Below, one piece after another: positions 37,311 to 50,159 of a stretch of 64,000 nt of DNA. The notes beneath the pieces are model-generated. The model was not told where the DNA came from, searched no databases, and worked only from the letters and a program-made list of their open reading frames with translations. Every line of letters begins with the position of its first letter. The stretch's first letter is position 1. Source of the stretch: Squalus acanthias (Eukaryota); contig CM059427.1 in assembly GCA_030390025.1 (NCBI GenBank), forward strand, positions 158,720,001 to 158,784,000, written 5' to 3'. The translations under genes were made by a program, and so were the position numbers.

Positions 37311-40300
37311 AATATGTTTCCAATTGCCAATATATGGAAAGAAGTGAACAATAAGTTTTTGTTTCCTCATCCCTCCATTTCTCCCTCACTATTCTGTCTC
37401 TCAAACTTTTATTCTCCTTTTTTTCTCTCATGCATTTCTCTGTTTTGCACATGTGGTCTTTATACAATAAACTCCTTCATATTGAGAATTATTTCTGTAA
37501 TGTGATATAGTAAACACTTTTTTGTAAGATCATGTCATATATGCAAAAATTTAAAGCTACCTATAGTGTTCAGGTTTATTTCAGTTTAGGAGAATTGATT
37601 TTGGGATACAATGTGCCTTGAGTTAAGAACTATACAAATGAGTGTTATTACCACACATGGAAAGAAAGTTTCCTGATTTGGTTTCAGATCCTTAGTTCCT
37701 TACATTTTGTCTCTGCTCTTAAATGTTACACCTTTACTTCCTATTTGTATACATTTCTTACTGCCTCATGGCTATTGCATAGTTTTACTTACATTTACAG
37801 AAATTAATTATTTGTATTTGTTTCATATCTTTTAAAATTCAAAAATGGATCTTTTAAAGTGGCAGTTTTCTCATTTATTTTGAGACATTTGTGTAGATAA
37901 CATGGATGGTTGTTTTGATGGTTCAAACCACACCCTGCTTTGGATTTGTTTTTCTCCTGTCCTTATTTAACTCTGAAGAGAACTCTAGTAGCATTCTTAC
38001 AGTAATATTTGGTCAACATATAGCTTACAAATTGCCTTTGAGTAAACTACCTTGCATAAAAATGACTTAAATTCTAATTGGCTTCATGACTTCTGTTGGT
38101 TGATATTTATTTTTATTATTACAAATTTGACTTTGAATCATCATGAATGTCTGATGAAAGAGCTTGACTGTGATCTTCCTTTAGCTAAATTGACTACATA
38201 CGGCTTCTTTTATTAGAGAAACCATTGATCAAGAACCTAGAATTATATATCCAGCCAAGTGTTGGTGACACAGATAGCATAAAGCATGCAGTTGTATCAG
38301 CAGCTAAAACTATTTTCCAAAATTATTTCTCTGTACACTCTTTGCAGGCTTTTGGAATCTTGTTGACATCGCCACAACCATTGTCATGTGGCAAGCCAGT
38401 AAAGGAGAATAGCACATGTGTGTGCTGCACTAGACTGGCCAAGAGTACCAACTGGCTGCCTGAGTGAATGTTGGCTTGGATTTGGCATTTAAAACCAGCT
38501 GCAGTCCATGGTGCATTAATCAGCTATTATCCAGTCTTGAAAAGCTTTCAGTGTGCATTGAACTAATGTTGAGTGTTCAGTATATTTATCTGAGAGACCT
38601 TATACAACATATACTTTGGTACTTTATTTCCCCTGCTCTGGAAGTTGCTTGTCATAAAGCTTTTTCCAGCCAAGATGGAATACAACATTCTCATTAATCG
38701 CTATTATAGGCCAGCAAGTTTTGGTAGAATGAGTATGACTGTGTCAGTTACCTTCTCCAGAAATAAGATTTGCATTCACATAGTGCATACCTATAATATA
38801 ATTCTAGCAAAGTAAATTTAGAGAAAACCTACAATAGATGGAAAACTTCAAAATCCTGGTGATGGAAAAAACTCTTTAATTATGAAGGAAGTGTTACTAA
38901 AACTTTGCAGACTCATTGATTTTAGCAAAACCATAATGTGGCAACTGCTAGTTGAAGTGGGGTGTTCGTTAAGCAGCGATCCTTTAACATGTCTCAGAAT
39001 TTTTCATTGAAGCATTTATTCAACACTTTGTTCCAAATGTCATTTGACTTCACACTGTTTACATTATCTCTTCATGAGATTTATTTCAGTGTATTCCCTA
39101 ATAATTAGATACAAAACACAAACTAGAATGTCATTAGTTTCAGTGAATTGGCTTAGCTTGCAGATTACTTGTGTCTCTAATTATATTAACTACACATTAT
39201 TAAGTTTGTTATGTCCTTCACCATTCAATTCAAAATTCTTATGTAGCCCTTTTCCCTGCAATGCCTGTAGGTGGCATTCTATAGTCATTGCCCATCATCT
39301 TGACTACATACGGATCACATGTATTTGGAGGTGTCACGTGATGCTGCATTCCTTATTTTTCGAGTCTCCTTCACATTCTACTTTTCAGATACACAGAGAG
39401 AGAACTAAGCTAGAGAAGTCTCCTCAAAAACTTTCACTCTTGCTGGCTGGCTCACGGTCCTCCAAACAAATTTTGCATCTGTTCTCGACTACGAATTCTC
39501 CTTGCTCAAACTTCTTAGTTGCTTCATTGCCCCTCTTTCCAGCTTCAGTGGCCTGTTCTCAGCCATGAATACCCCGCCCTGCTATTCAGCCGCTGCATGG
39601 CCCCTCTCCTCAGCCTTGCTGGCTTGATCTTGGCAATGAAAACTCCCTGTCCTTGCCTCTTAACTGCGCTTCAGTCTGCCCCCCAGCTTCTGCAGCCCAT
39701 TCTTAGCCGCAGAATCTTCCTGCCCACCTCTTTGCAGCCTGTTACCCAAATTTGATGGCCCGGTTCTCAGCTGTGAATATACTCCGCCCCCATCTCTTGC
39801 CCTCTTAGTTCAGCTTTGGTGGCCTTCTACTTCTGATCTCTGCCTGCCGCTCCAAATTGATTGGTGATCTGGTAATCAACAGAAAATTAACCAGATATCA
39901 ACATATTCTTTGCGAGGAATGATGAAACGAGGATGATTGTGGTAATCGGTTGTGTTAATCTGTACGGTATGTAGTCACTGAAATAGCCGTGCCCTAGATC
40001 AAACGGGGTTGGGACATGTAGCATGAGGCATAAAGGAGGAGGGAAGGGAAAGAAATGGGGCTGTTTAGCATGCAGCAGTATTTTCTCTCCTATATTTTAT
40101 ATAATGTGAGCAATGGTTTGCAGTTCAGTTCAAATGGGGAAGAAGCTGCAATAAAAAGTAGTAATGGTGAAGTATGTGTATTTGGTATCTGTAGTGGGGC
40201 TGTTAACTGCAGAGGTCAAAGAAATTATGGAAATAGTGTTTGTCGAACTCCAGGGCTATTTAAGAGGAAATTCAGTTCCTATAAATATTCTGTAATTTTT

Positions 40301-40814
40301 AGCAGCCTATTGTTTGGGGGGAGGGGGGGCGGTGGTGAGGGAGGAGGAGGAGGAAAGGTATTTTGAGCTGGTTCTGTTTTGGAAACTGTTTTTGTATTGG
40401 TAGGGGGAATGGCTCATATATGTAGATTCATGGGAAATCAAACTCCGTAATAAACAGGATGATGTTCAATCCCGCCAAAACCTTCTCATGTCAGTAGGTA
40501 AGATGGTTGTACTATTTTTTCATCAAATGGGTACTCGTGTTGAGCTCCTAACATTCATTCTATCTAGACAAGAAGAACCTTTAGGGACCAAACAATTTGA
40601 GGCTTTAGCACTGATGCCAAGACTCTCAAAGCCAAAGAAAATGTCCTAAATCAAGTAGAAAATCCTCAAGGCAACAGGTTCCTTCTCCATCATGAGAATG
40701 AAGCATTGACAAAAACTTAAATTTCATATTCTATACTGCAGGCTGGGCCATTGTTTTATATTTGAATTTAAGTTTAATATTTTTATAAAAAGATCAAAGC
40801 ATAAAATCTATATA

Positions 40815-41221
40815 CAGGAAACTTTCGTTTATCCGGCATCGACGGGACCGGCGTGGTGCCGGTATATCGAAAGTACCGGATAACAGAGAGTTATATCTAC
40901 CGAGGCTATTTTTAACAAAGAGACTCCAAGCAGCACAGGAGAATCTACTCCTGCTACTGCAATGTTTCGGACTTGCGCCAGGAGGCCGAGTAGTGGCACT
41001 TTTGAAAAGTACCCCTACTGACTAAATCGGCGTTCTCGGACTCGGGATCGGCAACATTGCCGGTTATTTGAGAGGATTTTTCGGAGCACTCAGCGTTCGC
41101 GGAGACTCGACTGCGACTCGGCAACATTGCCGGTTATTTGAGAGGAGTTTTCGGAGGATGATTTTTGCCGGTTAAGCGAGAATTCCGGATATTTGGGTGC
41201 CGGATAAACGAAAGTTTCCTG
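40815..41221. mobile_element. Tc1/mariner (Tigger/pogo-like) MITE
   Basis: 24-bp perfect TIRs CAGGAAACTTTCGTTTATCCGGCA flanked by TA on both sides. Internal ~39-bp duplication at 41048 and 41118. Confidence 0.9.
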
Positions 41222-41679
41222 TATCAAGTGCACGCTGAGGAAAATTTACTTTGTCCTGATTTACCAAATGCTTAAGGAGCTCTACTATTCTAGAGAATAA
41301 ACACTAGCAAGAGAGTCTGTAATATGTTTGAAAGCTTTGGATAATAACATAAACCTTAAGTGCTACATTGAACCTGAACCTTGCAAGTATGGCTATAAAT
41401 ACACTCCCAGACAAAAAAAATATTGTACTATTTTTGTTTTTGAGTTGGTATGTTGGAATGTAACTAATGTTTGTACTTCACATTATCGATTTTGCCAATG
41501 TAGTTCCATATCATGACAGGAATTGAGGAGTTTTTCATCATTATAACACAGACCAGGATATTACGGGATCAGTTGGCACAGTGCTTATTGTTAGTGCAAA
41601 TTCTTATGGGGATTCCTATATCTGATGGGGAGTCTGTCCTCTATCTGTATATGTGTAAGACTTCCTATATCCAGTAAAG

Positions 41680-42465
41680 TTTTAGGTATTTACAGTAGAA
41701 GAAGAGGATAGCATGCCGGAAATTCCAAAGAAACTAATACTGAATCGGGGACAGGGACTCAATAAAATTAACGTAAGTAAATAAACAGTGATGAAGAAAC
41801 TAATGGCATTAAAGAGTAACAAATCCCCAGGGCAGATGGTTTCCATCCCAGGGTTTTAAAGGAAGTAGGTGAGCACATTGCAGATGCTCTAACTATAATC
41901 TTCCAAAGTTCTCTAGATTCAGGAACCGTCCATTTAGATTGGAAAATTGCATATGTCACTCCGCTAAGAATGGCGAGAGAGGGAAACCAGGGAATTATAG
42001 ACCAGTTAGCCTAACATCTGTTGTCGGGAAATTGCTAGGGTCTATAATTAAGGCTAGGGTGACTGAACAACTCGAAAATTTTCAGTTGATCAGAGAGAGC
42101 CAGCATGGATTTGTGAAAGGTAGGTCACTCCTGACGAACCTGATTGAATTTTTTGAAAAGGCGACTAAAGACCACCGGACGTCTCAAAGCAACTTACAGC
42201 CAATGAATTACTTTTGGAGTGTAGTCACTGTTGTAATGTGGGAAAATTAGGAAGCACAAAGGGTGGTAGAAGTTTGGAACTCCCTTCCGAAAACGGCAAT
42301 TGTTAATTTTAATTCGGAGATTGATAGCTTTTTGTTAAGCAAAGGTATTAAGGGATATGGGCCAAAGGTGGGTATATGGAGTTAGATCGCAGATCAGCCA
42401 TGATCTCATTGAATGGCGGAACAGGCTCGAGAGGCTCAATGGCCTACTCCTGTTCCTATGTTCCT
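41680..42465 (+). mobile_element. CR1 LINE, internally deleted, with a short SINE fragment at the junction
   Basis: GNYRPVSLTSVVGKLL, QHGFVKGRS, then a jump to the CR1 3' UTR. Confidence 0.85.
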
Positions 42466-43105
42466 AAGGAAACTGTTCTTCAAATCAAAATGACTACCAT
42501 TGTTAAAACGTGGCATCTAATGGCGACCTTTTACACGGCTGGTGACAGTATTTTCTAGTTATCTTGGTATCTCAAGCCATCAGCTTGGTTCTGTGGATAT
42601 GGAGGAGCAGGCAGAAAGCCAGATTGAATCATCCAATTACATCAACAGTGTTGGACAGATGAAGAATACTCAGGATGGGAGGAGAGATTTAAACTCACAA
42701 CAGTGCCAGTGTGAAGGAAATTGTGGTGCATGGTAATCTTTTTTTAAATTGTGCTGTCTGGAGAACGCGTCCACAAGTCTTTATATGCCTAAGGATTAAA
42801 ATCCAATGCCAAGGCCAATTGGTCTTATCCAGTTCTGTGCATTTCTATTTCAGTTCCTATGTAAATACTAAGTGTAAAAAGTTTTCACTGATGACATTCA
42901 GTTCATACATGGAGTGTAAAAGAAGTTTCACATACAATAAATTACTTTGAAAGTCCAGTGACTGTTGCTGTGTAGACAAATGTAGAGTCATGTTGTGCAC
43001 ACCAAAATCTCACAAATAGCAATGAGATGAATGACCAGTTCTGTTTTTTTAGTTAAGAGAAGAATGTTGGCCAGGACACAGGAGAACTCCATGCTCCTCT
43101 TTGAA

Positions 43106-43487
43106 TTTTTTTTAATTAGTTCCTGGGATGTGGGCATCGCTGGCAAGGCCAGCATTTATTGCCCATCCCTAATTGCCCTTGAGAAGGTGGTGGTGACCCG
43201 CCACTTCAGACGACAGTTAAGAGTCAACCACATTGCTGTGGGTCTGGAATCACATATAGGCAGATTTTCTTCCCTAAAGGACATTAGTGAACCAGATGGG
43301 TTTTTACGACAATCTTTTGTCGTCTTGGTCACCATTACTGATACTAGCTTTGTATTCGAGATTTATTTAATTAACTGAATTTCTATTCCCCAGCTGCCGT
43401 GGTGGAATTTGAACTCACGTCTCCGGATCATTAGCACAGGCCTCTGGATCACCAGTCCAGTAACATAACCACTATGCTACCATACCC
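43106..43487 (-). mobile_element. tRNA-derived SINE with CR1-type tail, nested in a decayed Deu-SINE (about 42940-43680)
   Basis: Reverse complement of 44595-45042; B box GAGTTCAAATTCC. Confidence 0.75.
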
Positions 43488-44594
43488 TAGTGCTACACGA
43501 TCTTTAATGTCCATTAGAACAGGCAGAGGGGGCTTCAATTTAATTTCTGATCTGACAGATGCCACCTTCAACAATGTACTGCACAGGGGTATCAGCCTAG
43601 ATTATGTGGGAAAATCCTGGAGTGGGAATTGAACCCACAGTCAGCTGACTCAGGCAAAGATGCTAGCAAACCAGCTAAGCTGATACGACGACGAGTAAAT
43701 TAATAAAAATAATACCTTTCAAAAGTTTGACACAAGCCTCACAAGCTCCGAATCCCCTGTCAGGCAAGGTGACTCGCTTTTCATCGAGTTTCGGGGACCT
43801 TTACCTGCCTTACTAGTATTTTGTGTGCAAGTGAGCAAAATGCAACCAATGAAATTGATTGAGGTCAGAGATTTTCCTCAACATTCTCTGTTCTGTATTT
43901 CTATCATTTTTTAATCTAATGTTCTAACGAAAAATACCTTTTTATTTTATTTTAACTTGTGTGGGAAAACCCCTGTGTGAGTTTATTTCCCCTGAGTCCA
44001 CTTGCCAAGTAACGTCTGCAGATGAAATGAATGCAAATAACAGAAGGTGATACCTATCTCGTCAACACATTGTATTTGGCAGAGCAGATGGAAAGGCTGA
44101 TAGATCAGTGATTTAATAACTACAAAAAGATGGAGAGCAGTGGTCTTTTCTGTCTTTGTATTTGCTGAAAACTTTGTGTTACATCTTGCAACAGTTTCTT
44201 CAGGATCTGATGTGCAAAGCCTCTGGAAGTAAATTATAAAATAACATTAAAGCCTTAGACTTAGAAAAGAGAATGGTTTTCAGAGGTAAACCTTTGTCCT
44301 TAGCTAACAGGTTTCCTGATATAGAGCATAATAGGGACCAAGTGGAGAATATAGCACCTTGATGATATTAGAAGACAAGAATGCATTCCTGTGGACCAAT
44401 ATTACATTAGAGCATAGAGATGAATTATCCCAGAAATGAATGGAAACCTCAATTACTGTACATTGTTGTCTAAACTCATTTCAAACATGGATGTTTGTTT
44501 TGGAATGCTGCTGAACAAAGTGAATAAGACCAGTAAAAGGTAACAATTGCTGTAAAACAGACATTTGAATACTGCAGCAGGCTTTTCAATAAGA

Positions 44595-45042
44595 CTGGGG
44601 AGGTATTTTACAGTAATCCGGAGACGTGAGTTCAAATCCCACCACAGCAGCTCAGGGAATTTAAATTCAGTTAAATAAATAAATTTGGAATTAAAAAGCT
44701 ATTATCAGTAATGGTGAAAATACCAGATTGCCATAAAATCCCAACTGGTTCACTAATGTCATTTAAGGAAGGAAACTTGCTGTCCTTACCCGGTCTGGCC
44801 TTTATGTGACTCCAGACCCACAGCAATGTGGTTGATTCTTAACAGCCCTCTGAAATGACCAAGCAAGCCACTCAGTTGTACCAAACAGCTATGACAAAGT
44901 CAGCACCGTGGGAGTACCTTCACCACGAGGACTGCAGCGGTTCAAGAAGGCGGCTCACCACCACCTCCTCGAGGGCAATTAGGGATGGGCAATAAATGCT
45001 GGCCTTGCCAGCGACGCCCACATCCCGTGAACAAATAAAAAA
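44595..45042 (+). mobile_element. tRNA-derived SINE with CR1-type tail
   Basis: B box GAGTTCAAATCCC, body GTGACTCCAGACCCACAGCAATGTGG, tail GGGCAATAAATGCTGGCCTTGCCAGCGACGCCCACATCCC. Three copies in the window. Confidence 0.75.
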
Positions 45043-45914
45043 GTACAACTCTGAGCCTTCCAAAGTCATTGTTAAATTGGCCCAGTTTAATCAGGTATTA
45101 AAATGCTTAAAGCAGTACGCTGCACTCACCAGGCTTCTGTTGGAAAGTAATATTTTGTTTAACAGCATATCTATTTTAACATACACCTGCTTTTAAAACA
45201 TCGCAAGAGTGATATTGCAGATAGATATAAAATGGCAATAAATTACAAAACTTGTATTTCTTTCATAATTGATACTGAAATAAAATATTGTCATACAAAA
45301 TATGTACAGGATATCATCTGGATTTTTTCTGAAATTCATTCAGACAGTTACAACATAAGTACAGAAATTGGCTGCTAAAGGAAATTAATCACCAACATTA
45401 TTCACTATGATGAAAGATTCAAATACCTGGACACGCAAGTTAAAAATGAGGAAGTTAGAAATAAAAAAGGAAGCTAGGCAAGACTTTTTCATTTAAAGGA
45501 TACTAAAATTGTGGAATAAATTGTCAAAGAAAGGTGTTGAAGCAGACTGTATAAATGGCTTCAAGAGATAATTGTGTGCATTTTTTAAGAGAGCAGGGAT
45601 ATGGGAATATGGTAAGAAGGCAGGTAGGTGGGGTTTATCAATGAAAAAAACTCAGGTTATTGGGCATAATCATTTTTTCCTGTTTCTAAAAGGTCTTTGC
45701 CTTGTGGTGTAGATAATTGAAAAGTTCACACTGATGTCGTAGGGAGTGCCATTTTAAGGTTGGATTAAGACTCTTCGGGGCAGAAGGAGTTTTAACTCCT
45801 ACTTTGTTCTTCTCTTAAACCCTTTCCAATGAATTCTTGTTCTTAATACAGAAAAACTAATCTTGCCAGAAACGTGGTGGTGGGCTTGGTACTGAGCATT
45901 TAATGCATAACATG

Positions 45915-47296
45915 GAAAGAAAGGAAGGAGAAAGAAAATCGGGAACTATAGGCCAGTTAACCTGACATCAGTCATCGGGAAAATGCTGAAATCCGTTATT
46001 AAGGAAGTGGTAACAGGGTACTTAGAAAATCTCATGATTAGGCAGAGTCAACATGGTTTTATGAAAGGTAAATTGTGTTTGACAAATGTATTAGTTTTTT
46101 GAGGATGTAACTAGCAGGGTAGATAAAGGGGAACCAGTGGATGTAGTATATTTGGATTTCCAAAAGGTATTCGATAAGGTACCACACAAAAGGTTGTTAA
46201 GCAAGATAAGGGCACATGGGGTCGGGGGTAAGGTATTAGCATGGATAAAGGATTGGTTAACAGACAGAAAACAGAGTAGGGATAAACGGGACATTTTCAA
46301 ATTGGCAGGCTATAACTAGTGGGGTGCCGCAAGGATCAGTGCTGGGGCCTCAGCTATTTGTAATCTATATTAATGACTTAGATGAAGGGACCGAGTACAA
46401 TGTATCCAAGTTTTCTGACGATACAAAGCTAGGTGGAAAAGTAAGATGTGAGGAGGACGCAAAGAGCCTGCAAAGGGATATAGACAGGTTAAGTGAGTGG
46501 GCAATAAGGTGGCAGATGGAGTATAATGTGAGGTTATTCACTTTGGTAGGAAGAATAGAAAAACAGAATATTTTTTAAATCATGAGAAACTATTAAATGT
46601 TGGTGTTCAGAGAGATTTGGGTGTCCTCATACAAGAAACACAGAGAGTTAGCATGCAGGTACAGCAAGCAATTAGGAAGGCAAATGGTATGTTGGCCTTT
46701 ATTGCTAGAGGATTGGAGTACAAGAGTAAGGAAGTCTTGCTACAATTGTACAAGGCTCTGGTGACACTACACCTGGAGTACTGTGCACAGATTTGGTCTC
46801 CTTATTTAAGGAAGGATATACTTGCCTTAGAGAAGGTTCACCAGATTGATACCTGGGATGAGAGGGTTGTCCTATGAGGAGAGATTGAGTAGATTAGGCC
46901 TATACTCTCTGGAGTGTAGAAGAATTGAGAGGTGATCTCATTGAAACATATAAGATTCTGAGAGGGATTGACAGGGTAGATGCTGAGAGATTGTTTTCCC
47001 TGGCAGGGGAGTCTTGAACTAGGGGGCATAGTCTCAGGATAAGGGGCTGGCCTTTTAAGACTGAGATGAGGGTTGTGAATCTTTGGAATTCTCTGCCCCG
47101 AAGTGCTGTGGATGCTCAGTCGTTGAGTATATTCAAGGCTAAGATGATAGATTTTTGGACTCCAGAGGAATTAAGGGATATGTGGATAGGACAGGAATGT
47201 GACGTTGAGGTCGAAGATCAGCCATGATCTTATTGAATGGCAGAGCAGGCTTGAGGGGGCGCATGCCCTACTCTTGCTCCTAATTCTTATGTTCTT
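45915..47296 (+). mobile_element. CR1 LINE RT plus 3' UTR, frameshifted
   Basis: DVVYLDFQKVFDKVPH, PQGSVLGP, KFSDDTKL; closely related to 18158-21098. Confidence 0.9.
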
Positions 47297-48077
47297 AAGA
47301 ATGTAGTTAAAAGTGGTAATTGTTCTTGAATTTAGAAGGTGGATTTAATAGCATTTGGAACTGTGATTGTCCATATATTTTATTCGGGTTCCTGGTTTTT
47401 GGGTTAAACCAATTAGTCTGCATCCAACACAACATTTTGAAGTCAGTTTTTATGATGGAAACGCCAAAGATTATAGGAAGAATTAACAGAAGTATTCTCT
47501 TGAGGAGCTCTTCATAAATTATTTGATCTTTTTTGCTACTACCATACGAGAGCAGAAGACAAATTATACTCACTGGAGCTCTACATTAGTCCACCAATCT
47601 GATTTTTAAAATCCCACCTCCTGACCAAGTTCTTCATACTGATTTTTTTCTTTTCTGCGTGAATATTATGCCAGCTTTTATGTTGATTTTGGATTGTTTT
47701 TAAGATATATTGAATTTGGTGAAACCAAAAAATTGATTAAGAATAAGTATGAAAAGCCAGAAAGCCTACCTTTAATGCTTATAGAATGGACTCGGGAAGA
47801 AGTTTTAAAATGTATTTTTTTTTATGGGGATCCTCAACAACTTTTCCAAAACAATAACCTTAATTATAAAGGAAGTGTTACTAAAACTCAAGTAAGAGAT
47901 TGTGGACTGTTTTCAATTAGCTTCCTTAGGTCAAAAAGAAAGCCTTCAACATACCAATGAAAATCCAGCAAATTTCTAGTGTTTGTAAATCTTGGCATCT
48001 TTTTTCCTTTTTTAAATGCCATTGCAAATGTAATTAAACCAGCTCATCAAAATTGTATTTTAAGAGCCAGCAGGCAA

Positions 48078-49855
48078 ACAACAACATTTATATAGCGCCA
48101 AAATGCTTCATAGGAATGACACCAAATGCTTCATAGGAGTATATCAGACAAAAATTGACACCGAGCCCAAGAAGGATGTGTGAGTAAAAGCTTGGTCAGA
48201 GACAGGTTTTTAAGGAGCGTCTTAAAGGAGGAGAGAGAGGTGGACATAAGAACATAAGAAATAGGAGCAGGAGTAGGCCAATCGGCCCCTCGAGCCTGCT
48301 CCGCCATTCAATAAGATCATGGCTGATCTGATCCTAACCGCCAATCTACTATCTACTATCACAGAACCATCTCCTGCATCTAACAGAATTGCACACACGA
48401 AATAGGAGCAGAATCAGGCTACACGGTCCCTGGGCCCGCTCCACTACCCACAGGGCCATGACCGATCCGAACCTAGACTCATGTCCAAATTCCTGCCCGC
48501 TCCCCGTAACCCTTAATGCCCTTTACTTCTAGGAAACTGTCTATTTCTGTTTTAAATTTATTTAATGATGTAGCTTCTACAGCTTTTTGTGGCGGCATAT
48601 TCCATGGACCTACCACCCTCTGAGTGAAGTAGTTCCTCCTCATCTCAGTTTTGAAAGAGCAGCCCCTTATTCTAAGACTATGTCCCCTAGTTCTAGTCTC
48701 ACCCGTCATCGGGAACATCCTCCCCGCATCCACCCGATCCAACCTCTTCACAATCTTATATGTTTCAATAAGATCGCCTCTCATTCTTCTGAACTCCAAT
48801 GAGTAGAGTCCCAATCTACACAACCTCTCCTCATATGACCACCCTCTCATCCCCGGGATTAACCGAGTGAACCTTTTTTGCCTCGAGAGCAAGGATGTCT
48901 TTCCTTAAGTAAGGACACCAAAACTGTGGAGTGGTTTAGGAAGATAATTCCAGAGCTTGGGGCCTATACAGCTGAAGGCACGGGCACCAGTGGTGGGGCG
49001 AAGGAAATGGGGGATGCACAAGAGGCCAGAGTTGGAGGAACGCAGAGTTCTTAGAGGGTTATAGGGCTGGAGGGGGTTACAGAGATAGGGAGGGGTGAGG
49101 CCATGGACAGATTGAACACGAAGTTTAGAATTTTTAAATTGAGGCAAGTGGACTGGGACCCAATGTAGTTTAGTGGGCACAGGGGCGATGGTGAAAGGGA
49201 TGTGGTGAGGATTAGGATACGGGCAGCTGAGTTTTGGCTGAGCTGAAGTTTATGGAGAGTGGAAGATGGGAGGCTGGCCAGGAGAGCATTGGGCTAGTCG
49301 AATCTGAGGTTGGGGCGGAGACCGACGATGTTACAGAGATAGCTCAGAATCAAATAGGACGCCGAGGTTGCGAACAGTCTGGTTCAGCTTGAGACCGTGG
49401 CCAGGATGGGATCGGTGGCTAGGGAAAGGATTTTGTGGCACTGGCTGAAGACAATGGCATTGGTCTTCTCAATTGGGGGAAATCTCTGACATCCAGCACT
49501 GGATATGCAGAAAAGTAGCTTGACAACACAAGCAGTGGAGGGTTCAAGAGAGGTTGTGGTGAGGTAGAGCTGGGTGTTGTCAGTGTACATATTTTAGGAT
49601 GATGTAGCCGAGGGGCAGCATGTAGATGAGAAAAATGAGGGGGCAAAGGATAGATTCTAGGGGTAACAGTGTGGAACTGGGAAGAGAAGCCATTGCAGGG
49701 GATTCTCTGGATATGACTGGATAGATAAAAATAAAACGAGGCAAGTAAGTCCCACTCAGCTGGACAACAGAAGAGAGGTGTTGGAGGAGGATGGTGTGGT
49801 CAGCTGTGTCGAAGGATGAGGAGGGATAGTGCACACCAGTTACATAGGATCACTT
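48078..49855 (-). mobile_element. L2 LINE 3' part, interrupted by a CR1
   Basis: (TTG)n tail at 48078; YTDNTQLY and FDTADHTILL on the minus strand; colinear with 51980-54870. Confidence 0.8.
48245..48925 (-). mobile_element. CR1 LINE 3' end with a doubled 3' UTR, inserted in L2
   Basis: RFTRLIPGMRGWSYEERL..TRGHSL. GTGGA occurs on both sides. GAAATAGGAGCAG module at both 48257 and 48399. Confidence 0.85.
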
Positions 49856-50159
49856 CCTGAAGCAGAGAACATTCTGTCCAAAACTGAACCTTTCCAGTGG
49901 CAATTACACTTCTTTTGAAGTCTTTATCTAGGCACCTTTTTCCCCCTGAGGATTCACTATTGGCCAGGGATGTTGAATGATCTGCAATAAAGGTCTCGAG
50001 ACTGATATTCTCAGACGATTGTAACTGAAGTTCCATCTTATTTTAGTGAATGAAGCTTTCTTATAGGTCGGTTGTCATTCTGGAAAGACTTAATCCGGGG
50101 AGTCTTGTCACAGCCATGCAGTGTTGAGCTGCTTGCAATTAAATTAACTCCACTGTTAT

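Noticed and set aside
39919-39981. C/D box snoRNA candidate (ATGATGA ... CTGA)
   Set aside because: No terminal stem, no recognisable rRNA/snRNA guide, and not positioned near a known acceptor.
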